Source: Clostridiales bacterium
Lineage (GTDB): Bacteria; Bacillota; Clostridia; Oscillospirales; CAG-382
Direction of reading: 5' to 3'
DNA: 64,000 nt
Assembly (NCBI GenBank): GCA_004553575.1
Contig: SFLA01000002.1
Coordinates: forward strand, 474 to 64,473
The notes under the pieces are model-generated. The model worked only from the letters and a program-made list of their open reading frames with translations, did not search any database and was not told the DNA's origin. Position 1 is the first letter of the stretch. Every line of letters begins with the position of its first letter. Shown piece by piece: positions 53,420-64,000 of this stretch. Made by a program: the position numbers and the translations under genes.

Positions 53420-54245
53420 CTGCGAGCTGTTCGCACGAAGCGGCGCCAGGAGCACGCTTCAGGCCCCCGCGTTTGTAGCCGGAATGGGGCTTGACGCATA
53501 CGAATACGAGGCGGGACGCGGTATAAACGCTTCGCCGGATACTCTTGCGGCAATAGGCGCCGAGGCGCGGCGATGCGGGATAAAAATGTCCTTCCATACG
53601 CCGTACTTCATATCACTTTCGTCGGTTGAACCGGAAAAACGTGCAAAGAGCGTCGGATATATTACCGACAGCGCCGCCGCTTCCGCATTGCTCGGAGCGG
53701 AGGTAATGGTCGTGCACTGCGGCTCCTGCGCGTCCGTTCCGCGTGACACGGCGATGGGCTATTCGGCAGAGACACTGCTTGCCGCCGCCGAGCAGCTCGG
53801 TAAGCTCGGACTGGGAGTAAAGCTCGGTATCGAGACAATGGGCAAGGAAAACCAGCTCGGTACGCTGGAAGAAGTGGTAACGCTGTGCGGGCTTTCGCCC
53901 ATGTTTGTTCCGGTGGTGGATTTCGGGCATCTTAACGCGCGCACTCTGGGCGGAATTAAAACCGCAGACGATTACATGCGCATATTCGATACTATCGCCT
54001 CGCGTCTCGGCAGCGAATATATAGATACGCTGCACTGCCATTTTTCCAGAATCGAATACACGGCTAAGGGCGAAAAACGTCATCTTACCTTTGCGGATAC
54101 CGAATTCGGTCCCGATCCGCTTCCGCTTATGAGCGTGATAGCCCGTCTCGGCATTTCGCCGACAATCATCTGCGAGTCTGCGGGCACCCAGTCGGCGGAT
54201 TCGCTTACAATGAAGAATGCATATGAGAAAGCGAAAAACGGCTAA
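53391..54245 (+). CDS. TIM-barrel protein (AP endonuclease family 2 / xylose-isomerase-like)
   Basis: GGAGGA RBS. Alternating beta/alpha pattern with HxPY, VVHCG and ETMG-type blocks. Assignment is tentative. Confidence 0.6.
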   Translation: MAALFGPGGNCELFARSGARSTLQAPAFVAGMGLDAYEYEAGRGINASPDTLAAIGAEARRCGIKMSFHTPYFISLSSVEPEKRAKSVGYITDSAAASALLGAEVMVVHCGSCASVPRDTAMGYSAETLLAAAEQLGKLGLGVKLGIETMGKENQLGTLEEVVTLCGLSPMFVPVVDFGHLNARTLGGIKTADDYMRIFDTIASRLGSEYIDTLHCHFSRIEYTAKGEKRHLTFADTEFGPDPLPLMSVIARLGISPTIICESAGTQSADSLTMKNAYEKAKNG

Positions 54246-54907
54246 GATAATTCTTATTTCCGCCGCAGCTGCGGCTGTTCTGTGCGTCGTATTGCTTACG
54301 GTATGCAACGCGGTCGTTATCCGTTCGTCAAGCGACGGGGTCATAGATGCTTCCGAAGCCGGCAGATACGATGCCATTCTCGTCTTCGGCTGTAAGGTCG
54401 GAGCGGACGGCACTCCGTCGGCGCTTCTGCGCGACAGGGTGGATTGCGCATGTGCGCTCTACTTTGCCGGAGTTTCAGACCGGATATTGATGAGCGGTCA
54501 TGCCGATACATCCGGATACGACGAGGTTACCGCCATGAAGAAGCGCGCCGTCGAATCGGGAGTTCCGGAGGAGTGCATATACACCGACCCTATGGGGTAC
54601 ACCACATACGATTCGGTGCTCCGCGCAAGGGAAGTGTTCGGCTTTGATACCGTTATTGCCGTAACGCAGGAATTCCACATATACCGCGCCGTTTATCTCG
54701 CAAGGGCAGTCGGTATGGAGGCGGAGGGCGTTGCCGCACCGGAAAACGGTCATATTCCGGCTTATTCCACGGTTTACATCCGCGAGCCGCTCGCAAGGGT
54801 AAAGGCCGTGTACTGCGCCTTATTCCTTCCCGATTCCCGTTCGGACGGCGGGGAGGGTTCGCTTGGCGTTAATAACACAAGTATTAATGAAAACGGGGAA
54901 CATTCAC

Positions 54908-54921
<14 letters not shown>
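54217..54921 (+). CDS. SanA/YdcF (DUF218) family protein
   Basis: N-terminal TM. AILVFGCKV..DGTPSALLRDRV, TQEFHIYRAVYLAR. Confidence 0.8.
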
Positions 54922-57849
<2,928 letters not shown>

Positions 57850-57852
57850 AAA

Positions 57853-59223
57853 ATGAAGAATCCTATACCGGTATACGGCAATTACGACGTAGTGGTTTGC
57901 GGCGGAGGAACCGCCGGCGCATTTGCGGCGATCGCGGCGGCGGATCAGGGTATGAGCGTGCTGGTTATCGAGCAGTTCGGATCGCTCGGCGGTACCGCCA
58001 CCAACGGTCTGGTCACGCCGGTAATGCACACCCACATAAACGGCAACCCGCAGTGCTCGTATATCTTCGACAGGCTTGTTGCACGCCAGAAGAAGTACGG
58101 CGGCTGCAACGACGCCGGAAATATGTTCGATCCGCTGGTGCTCGAAGTCGCTCTCGAGGAGCTTTGCGTCGAATCCGGAGCGAAGCTGCTGTATCACACT
58201 TTCGTGTCGGATGCAGTAGTGGAAAACGGAGCCGTTACCGCGGTAAAGATAGTCAATAAGGGCGGCGAGCAGCTTGTAACCGGCAAAGTGTTTATAGATT
58301 GCACCGGCGACGGCGACGTATCGGTGCTTGCGGGAGCCGGATATACAAAAGGTAACCCCGAAACGGGAGTATGCCAGCCGATGTCTCTGCGCTACCTGCT
58401 CGGCGGCGTTGATATCCGCAAGGTCGGCGAATTTTTCGAATCCGAGACTGCCCGTACCGGAGCAAAAGGCGCAAGCTACGACCGCAGGGAAGAATCGGTT
58501 TACGCCGCCGTTACCGCAAACGGCGAGTGGGCGCTTACCGACTGCTTCCGCCGTGCGATAGCCGCCGGAGATCTCGAGCCCGAGGACGAGATGTATTGGC
58601 AGGTGTTCATGATACCGGGCAGAGCGGACGGACTCGCCTTCAACTGCCCCGAATTCTTCGATCATATCGACGGCACCAATCCGGACGACCTTACATATTC
58701 GCAGATAAGGGGTAAAAAGGCGATACTCCGCCAGCTCGCTTTCTACAAGAAGTACATGAAGGGCTTTGAAAACGCCTATGTCGCCGAGATAGCGTCGATG
58801 GTCGGAATCCGCGAAAGCCGGAATATCGACTGCGAGTATGTGCTTACCGCGCGTGACCTGCTTTCACAGCGCAAGTTCGGCGATTGCGTATGCCAGTCGA
58901 ATTATCCCATTGACATACACGGAAAATCGCTTCATTTTTCGCTTGACGGTATAGAGAAGGATGAGTCGCGTCCCTGGTACGATATACCTTACCGTTCGCT
59001 CGTGGTCGCGGGGATCGACAATCTGCTGGTCGCCGGAAGATGTCTCGGCGCAGAATTCCTCGTGCAGTCCTCTCTCCGTGTTCAGCATTCCTGCCGTGCC
59101 ACCGGCGAGGCTTGCGGTATTGCGGCGGCGCTTGCCGTGCGCGGCGGCGTTCCCTCCCGCGAGATTGACGGAGCCGAAGTCCGCAAGATAATGGTCGATA
59201 AAGGCGCCGTGTTCGCAGAATAA
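57853..59223 (+). CDS. FAD-dependent oxidoreductase
   Basis: AAGGAGA RBS. Dinucleotide fold VVVCGGGTAGAFAAIAAA. Confidence 0.8.
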   Translation: MKNPIPVYGNYDVVVCGGGTAGAFAAIAAADQGMSVLVIEQFGSLGGTATNGLVTPVMHTHINGNPQCSYIFDRLVARQKKYGGCNDAGNMFDPLVLEVALEELCVESGAKLLYHTFVSDAVVENGAVTAVKIVNKGGEQLVTGKVFIDCTGDGDVSVLAGAGYTKGNPETGVCQPMSLRYLLGGVDIRKVGEFFESETARTGAKGASYDRREESVYAAVTANGEWALTDCFRRAIAAGDLEPEDEMYWQVFMIPGRADGLAFNCPEFFDHIDGTNPDDLTYSQIRGKKAILRQLAFYKKYMKGFENAYVAEIASMVGIRESRNIDCEYVLTARDLLSQRKFGDCVCQSNYPIDIHGKSLHFSLDGIEKDESRPWYDIPYRSLVVAGIDNLLVAGRCLGAEFLVQSSLRVQHSCRATGEACGIAAALAVRGGVPSREIDGAEVRKIMVDKGAVFAE

Positions 59224-59242
59224 CGCTGCAGACGAATGAATA

Positions 59243-59281
59243 AAGGCTCTCACGGAATAAACCGTGGGAGCCTTCGTTTAT
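59243..59281. terminator. bidirectional intrinsic terminator
   Basis: 13-bp stem AAGGCTCTCACGG / CCGTGGGAGCCTT, with T-rich tracts on both strands. Confidence 0.7.
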
Positions 59282-59286
59282 CAGAT

Positions 59287-59766
59287 TTACGCGGTAATGC
59301 CGTGAAGCGTAAGCGGAACCGCCTTTGCGAGGTCTTCCGGGCTGAGCTCTATCTGAAGCCCGATTCTTCCGCCGGATACGAATATCGTATCTTTTCCTTC
59401 TGCCGACGAATCCAGAACCGTAGCAAACCGCTTTTTCATACCCACCGGAGAACAGCCGCCGTGGATATACCCCGTAAGCGGGAGCAGCTCGCGCGATTTT
59501 ATCATTGCAACCGATTTCTCGCCGACCGCCCTCGCCGCCTTTTTAAGGTCAAGCTCCGCACATACCGGCACAATAAAAACGTAGTACACGCCCGAGGACG
59601 CACGGGTAACGAGCGTCTTGAACACCCTTTCGGGGTCCTCGCCGAGTACGCTCGCAACGTCCGCTCCGGAGACAGCTCCGGTATCGGTGTAATTACGGCA
59701 GACATAACTTATTCCGGCCTTGTCGAGCATGCGCATGGCGTTGGTCTTTTCAGCGGCTTTACCCAT
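59287..59766 (-). CDS. ybaK: Cys-tRNA(Pro)/Cys-tRNA(Cys) deacylase YbaK
   Basis: 159 aa. FKTLV, GYIHGGCSPVG, SGG..G. Confidence 0.85.
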   Translation of the reverse strand: MGKAAEKTNAMRMLDKAGISYVCRNYTDTGAVSGADVASVLGEDPERVFKTLVTRASSGVYYVFIVPVCAELDLKKAARAVGEKSVAMIKSRELLPLTGYIHGGCSPVGMKKRFATVLDSSAEGKDTIFVSGGRIGLQIELSPEDLAKAVPLTLHGITA

Positions 59767-60121
59767 CGCTTTCGCCGCTCCTTTTTAAGGATACCCCGCC
59801 GATATACAGCAGGTCGCCCTTAACCGTGAATTCGTTTGTTCCGAGCAGCGCGAAGGTATCTTCGGTTATCCCGCGCAGTGCGGCGGAATAATCGTCGGTC
59901 GAAACGGTAAGCAGCTTTCCGCTTACCGAGTACTCTATTTGGAATTCCAGCCCGAGCACGGTAAGCGTTCCGCAGCCCGTATCCCCGAATTCAATCGCCA
60001 TGTCGCCGCCTTCGTCGCTCCAGCGCGTCCCCGCAAGCGGGTTCCCGGAACTGTTTTTGCAGGAGCACAGCGACAGCGCGAGCATAAAAGCCACCGACAG
60101 CAGAGCCAGTTTATTTTTCAT
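59759..60121 (-). CDS. small lipoprotein (hypothetical)
   Basis: Signal peptide plus lipobox LCSC. 120 aa. Confidence 0.6.
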   Translation of the reverse strand: MKNKLALLSVAFMLALSLCSCKNSSGNPLAGTRWSDEGGDMAIEFGDTGCGTLTVLGLEFQIEYSVSGKLLTVSTDDYSAALRGITEDTFALLGTNEFTVKGDLLYIGGVSLKRSGESDG

Positions 60122-60839
60122 ATACGTGAGGGCCGGAGCGCTTGTGCTCGCTCATTGCGTGGCGGCGCTCGATTATCGGTTTAGCGCTCTCGGAGGTCTC
60201 TCCGGTAAGCAGCAGCGAGTCGATTTCCGCGTAGGTTACGCCCATCTCTCCCTCGTCGGTCTGTCCGTCGAACAGCCCCGCCGACGGAGCCTTGGTTATG
60301 ATATGCTCGGGCGCGCCGAGGTATCTCAGGAATTCGTATATCTCGGTTACCGTAAGGTCGGATATCGGGTTAAGATCGTAGGCGCCGTCGCCCCATTTGG
60401 TGAAATATCCCATATACCCCTCGCTCCGGTTTCCGGTTCCTGCCACGAGGTATCCCTTGGATTGCGCTACCGCATAAAGCACAGTCATACGCAGACGCGG
60501 ATTAATGTTTGTGCCCGCAGGATCGGTCACCTTAAGCGATTTTTCTATTGCGGCGCAAAGCGCGTCCTTTGTGTCCGAAAGATCGACCGTTATGCATTCT
60601 ATTCCGAATTTCTCTGCGGCACGAAGCGCGTCGTCGCGGTCGCTTCCGTAGTTCTGCCTGCTGTGGCAGGGCATTATAACTCCGATAACATTGTCGGTTG
60701 CCCTTTTGCAGATAGCAGATACAAGAGTGCAGTCCTTGCCTCCGCTGTTGCCGTATACGATTCCCTTTGCTCCGGAATCGCGCAGTATGCCGCGCACCCA
60801 ATCGGCGCGTGCTTCAATCTCTTTTTCGTAATCACGCAT
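60111..60839 (-). CDS. nadE: ammonia-dependent NAD+ synthetase
   Basis: GAGGTGA RBS. PP-loop NSGGKDC, TGNRSE, YFTKWGDG. Confidence 0.85.
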   Translation of the reverse strand: MRDYEKEIEARADWVRGILRDSGAKGIVYGNSGGKDCTLVSAICKRATDNVIGVIMPCHSRQNYGSDRDDALRAAEKFGIECITVDLSDTKDALCAAIEKSLKVTDPAGTNINPRLRMTVLYAVAQSKGYLVAGTGNRSEGYMGYFTKWGDGAYDLNPISDLTVTEIYEFLRYLGAPEHIITKAPSAGLFDGQTDEGEMGVTYAEIDSLLLTGETSESAKPIIERRHAMSEHKRSGPHVYEK

Positions 60840-60988
60840 TTTGTTGTTTCACCTCATCGGTATTATGCGATAGTTGCCTTAAAATGTCAATAAGCATTGT
60901 TGAAAAACGGTTATTTTTTTGCTTTACGGTCTTTACAACGTGTTTACGGGGGTGATATAATATAATGCTGTGAAAGGATGTGCCGTTT

Positions 60989-61078
60989 ATGGATGTTAAA
61001 AGATTTGTAGCTTTGCTTCTGGTCGCATTAATGGTGCTTTCCACGGCGTTCATCGTTCTATATTTCATTGCAGGGTAA
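60989..61078 (+). CDS. 29-aa hydrophobic peptide (candidate small ORF)
   Basis: Not in the track because it is under 60 aa. Product MDVKRFVALLLVALMVLSTAFIVLYFIAG. AAAGGA lies 10 nt upstream. A TTTACA-18-TATAAT-like promoter is upstream. The stop is 6 nt before the cobB ATG. Confidence 0.35.
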   Translation: MDVKRFVALLLVALMVLSTAFIVLYFIAG

Positions 61079-61084
61079 TAGAAT

Positions 61085-61786
61085 ATGAATACCCGTCTTG
61101 CAGAGATTATTGAGGATTCGTCGCGCATCGTCTTTTTCGGCGGCGCCGGCGTTTCGACCGAAAGCGGTATACCCGATTTCAGAGGGGCGGAGGGACTGTA
61201 TTCGCTCGTTCCGGAGGAGATTATCAGTCACTCGTATTTTTTCGCTCATACCGACCGTTTTTTCGAATTTTACAAATCAAAGCTGTGCTATCCCGATGCT
61301 CTGCCGAATCCCGCGCATATTGCAATCGCGGGGCTCGAGGCCGCCGGGAAGCTGACCGCGGTTATAACCCAGAATATCGACGGTCTGCATCAGGCGGCGG
61401 GCAGCAAAACCGTGTACGAGCTTCACGGTTCGGTACACCGCAACACCTGCCTTGCCTGCGGAAGAAAATACGGTCTGGATTATATTCTTGCATCGGACGG
61501 AGTGCCGCACTGCTCCTGCGGCGGGCTGATAAAGCCCGACGTCGTGCTTTACGGAGAGCAGCTTGACGGCGGAGTTATAAACGCCTCGGTAAGGGCTATT
61601 TCGCATTGCGATACGCTTATAGTCGGAGGCACCTCGCTTGCCGTATATCCTGCGGCGGGACTTATAAATTATTTCTGCGGCAAGCATCTGGTTCTTATCA
61701 ACAAGACGCCGACCGCCGCCGACGGTATGGCGGATCTCGTTATCCGCGATCCGATCGGCGAGATGCTCGGAGGCATCGGGACGTAA
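61085..61786 (+). CDS. cobB: NAD-dependent protein deacylase (Sir2 family)
   Basis: GAGVSTESGIPDFRG, TQNIDGLH, HG, Cys4 zinc site C..C...C.C. Confidence 0.9.
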   Translation: MNTRLAEIIEDSSRIVFFGGAGVSTESGIPDFRGAEGLYSLVPEEIISHSYFFAHTDRFFEFYKSKLCYPDALPNPAHIAIAGLEAAGKLTAVITQNIDGLHQAAGSKTVYELHGSVHRNTCLACGRKYGLDYILASDGVPHCSCGGLIKPDVVLYGEQLDGGVINASVRAISHCDTLIVGGTSLAVYPAAGLINYFCGKHLVLINKTPTAADGMADLVIRDPIGEMLGGIGT

Positions 61787-61811
61787 ACCTTTTTTGGGGG
61801 GAGTCCCGTAT

Positions 61812-62861
61812 ATGAAAAAAACCGTTGCGGTAGTATTCGGAGGCGAATCCGGCGAGCATTCCGTGTCCTGTGTTACCGGCGCGTGGGTCGCCGACCGGCT
61901 GGAGGAATGCGGCTATAACGTCGTGCGTGTGGGGATAACCGTGCAGGGCGGCTGGTTTCTGTATTCCGGCGGGTCGGAGGAGATGCGCTCCGGCGCCTGG
62001 GAGCTCGACGGCAGCAGACTGTTCCCGGCGGTAATATCACCGTCGCGCGGTGACGGCGGACTGCTTGTCGGCGGAAAGCCAATGCGTATAGACGCGGTGT
62101 TTCCCGCCGTTCACGGCAGATACGGGGAAGACGGTACTCTTCAGGGCCTGCTTGAGCTTTCCGGTATACCGTTTGTGGGCTGCGGAACCTTTTCGTCGGC
62201 AGTGTGTATGGACAAAATCGCCGCAAAGCTGATATGCGCATCGGCGGGGATACCGGTGCTGCCGCATAGAGAATACCGCGCCGGCGGAGTTTCGCCCGAG
62301 CACGCCGCAGATGAATGCGAGTCCGCGTTCGGATATCCGGTGTTTGTAAAGCCCGCACGCTCGGGATCGTCTTTAGGTATAACCCGCGCAGTGTGCCGCG
62401 AGGAGCTGATATCCGGTTTTGAAGCCGCGTTCGGCGTGGACGACAAACTGCTGGCGGAGCCCGCGCTTGCTTCCCCGCGTGAGATCGAGACGGCAATTCT
62501 CGACTGCGGAGAGCTTACCGTTTCCGAATGCGGCGAGATAAGCAGCGGATCGGTGTTTTACGATTACGACGCCAAATATGTTAACGGAGATTCCGTCTGT
62601 ACGGTACCCGCCGTGCTTGCACCGGGATTATCCGATACGCTTCGTGCCGCGGCGGCTTCCGCGTTCACCTCGCTCGGATGCAGGGGAATGGCGCGGGTCG
62701 ACTTCTTTGTCTGCGGCGATAAATGGTATTTCAACGAAATCAACACGATACCCGGGCTCACGCCGATAAGCATGTACCCGAAACTTATGGAGGAAAGCGG
62801 TATTTCCGGCGCGCAGCTTGTCCGGCTGCTCACAGAAAGTGCCTGCAGAAATTCAAGATGA
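61812..62861 (+). CDS. ddl: D-alanine--D-alanine ligase
   Basis: Track ORF trimmed to ATG 61812, after GGGGGGAG. VVFGGESGEHSVS and an ATP-grasp fold (GYPVFVKPARSGSSLG, EINTIPG). Confidence 0.92.
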   Translation: MKKTVAVVFGGESGEHSVSCVTGAWVADRLEECGYNVVRVGITVQGGWFLYSGGSEEMRSGAWELDGSRLFPAVISPSRGDGGLLVGGKPMRIDAVFPAVHGRYGEDGTLQGLLELSGIPFVGCGTFSSAVCMDKIAAKLICASAGIPVLPHREYRAGGVSPEHAADECESAFGYPVFVKPARSGSSLGITRAVCREELISGFEAAFGVDDKLLAEPALASPREIETAILDCGELTVSECGEISSGSVFYDYDAKYVNGDSVCTVPAVLAPGLSDTLRAAAASAFTSLGCRGMARVDFFVCGDKWYFNEINTIPGLTPISMYPKLMEESGISGAQLVRLLTESACRNSR

Positions 62862-63652
62862 TCGGAATATTCGATTCCGGACTGGGCGGACTGACCGCCG
62901 TAAACGAGCTTAAAGCGGCTCTTCCGGACGAAAACTTCATATACTTCGGCGATACCGCGCGTATACCGTACGGTACCCGCAGCGTGGATACGATCCGTTC
63001 CTACGCCCTGCAGGACTGTCGGTTTCTTGTGTCAAAGGGAGTCGACGCGATACTCGTCGCCTGCGGCACGGTAAGCACCAACGCGCTTGATACCCTGCGA
63101 GCCGCCTTTGACCTGCCCATAGTAGGGGTGGTGGAGGGCGCGGCGAAGAAGGCGGCGGAGATTGCCTCGCGGGGACGCGGAAGGGTGCTGGTGCTCGGTA
63201 CTCCCGCGACGGTTCGCAGCGGCGCGTTCGGGAAAGCGGTGCGTGACCACGGCTGCGAAGACGTCCGCAGCGTCGCCTGTCCTATGTTCGTTCCGCTGGC
63301 GGAAAACGGCTACACCTCTTTGAGCGATATTGCCGCGGTGGAGATAGCCCGGGAATACCTCGAGCCTTACCGCGCTTACGCTCCGGATGCGGTCATACTC
63401 GGCTGCACCCATTATCCGCTGCTGGGAGATATTATCGGCAGTTTTCTGCCCGGAAGCGTTCTCGTCAGCTCGGGAGCCGAGGCTGTCGCGGAGCTTAAAG
63501 AAACACTTACACGCAGCCGTCTTCTGTTCGGGGGCGGCGGAAAGGGAAGATATTTTGTATCCGACGGAGTTGACTGTTTTGCCGAAAACGCCCGCAGGTT
63601 CCTCTGCACCGATGTTGACGACGTTACGGTTACGGATATAAACAGCTATTAA
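62858..63652 (+). CDS. murI: glutamate racemase
   Basis: ATG overlaps the ddl TGA (ATGA). IGIFDSGLGGLT, ILVACGT, LGCTHYP. Confidence 0.92.
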   Translation: MIGIFDSGLGGLTAVNELKAALPDENFIYFGDTARIPYGTRSVDTIRSYALQDCRFLVSKGVDAILVACGTVSTNALDTLRAAFDLPIVGVVEGAAKKAAEIASRGRGRVLVLGTPATVRSGAFGKAVRDHGCEDVRSVACPMFVPLAENGYTSLSDIAAVEIAREYLEPYRAYAPDAVILGCTHYPLLGDIIGSFLPGSVLVSSGAEAVAELKETLTRSRLLFGGGGKGRYFVSDGVDCFAENARRFLCTDVDDVTVTDINSY

Positions 63653-63658
63653 TAAAAT

Positions 63659-64000
63659 GAAAATTCCTGTAGAAGTCAGAATATATACGGAGCGCAGCAG
63701 CATTGATCCGTCCGTCGCCGACAGCGGAGCCGAGACCGAGCGCAGCAGCGCCGTCGCGTACGGTGTGCTTCAGCGCACCCGCAACGGTCTTCAGTGCAGA
63801 TTCGGGGACGGAGACGGCGACGGAAGCGTAACAACCCTGTCCGCATTGGGGGACAAGCTGGTCTCGGTGAATAAAATCGGGGATCAGAATTCGCTTATGG
63901 TGTTCGAGCAGGGAAGAAGCCACAACTGCGTTTATTTTAACGGATATCTGCCCATGCAGCTTAAGGTAAGCACGAATTCGGTCGAAAACGGTCTTACCGA
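63659..64000 (+). CDS. DUF1934 (YwiB-like) beta-barrel protein, 3' end outside the window
   Basis: Open frame from ATG 63659 to the window end, so absent from the track. The pattern V.V.I.T....(acidic)...G.L......L.F..G....T..........V...G...S.MVFE.G......Y......M.L.V.T resembles YwiB-type proteins. Confidence 0.5.

Overview
This is a GC-rich, gene-dense chromosomal segment that looks like core genome of a spore-forming Firmicute of the class Clostridia. The class call rests on adjacent spoIVB-spo0A, the ylxM-ffh-rpsP-KH-rimM-trmD operon, lipoprotein-type solute-binding proteins and canonical TTGACA-17-TATAAT promoters. About 65 protein genes are supported, nearly all housekeeping:
- DNA repair and replication: SRAP, uvrC, recD2, ligA.
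- Translation: rplM-rpsI, rpsP, rimM, trmD, prmA, rsmD, ybaK, a ttcA-like gene.
- Cell wall: ddl, murI.
- Cofactors: coaD, nadE, a Sir2 deacylase.
- Transport: feoAB, a polar amino-acid ABC system, MFS, EamA.
- Sporulation: spoIVB, spo0A.

I found no rRNA or tRNA genes, CRISPR array, transposase, integrase, prophage genes or recognisable defence system. I do not see a clear-cut new multi-gene system here. The observations most worth a second look are:
1. The Spo0A receiver domain has Glu where the phospho-acceptor Asp should be, and Gly replaces one Mg-binding Asp. Upstream sit a consensus 0A box and four TGCCAAA repeats laid over its promoter.
2. A 636-aa uncharacterised protein is translationally coupled to tdk. 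It carries only decayed SF1-helicase-like motifs.
3. A PspA-less membrane cluster resembling ydjGHI encodes an SPFH protein with four tandem zinc ribbons, a zinc-ribbon membrane protein and a TPM protein. A frameshifted lipoprotein gene lies inside it.
4. Two separate tandem pairs of about 500-aa paralogous solute-binding lipoproteins have no cognate permease nearby.
5. A roughly 380-nt GC-rich ORF-less spacer lies between two convergent terminators and is a candidate ncRNA or gene relic.
6. A thioesterase gene is interrupted by an in-frame TAA.
7. The trmD operon continues into an unknown polytopic membrane protein plus two DUF4330-like proteins instead of rplS.

All family assignments come from motif recognition by eye. 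No database search was possible.
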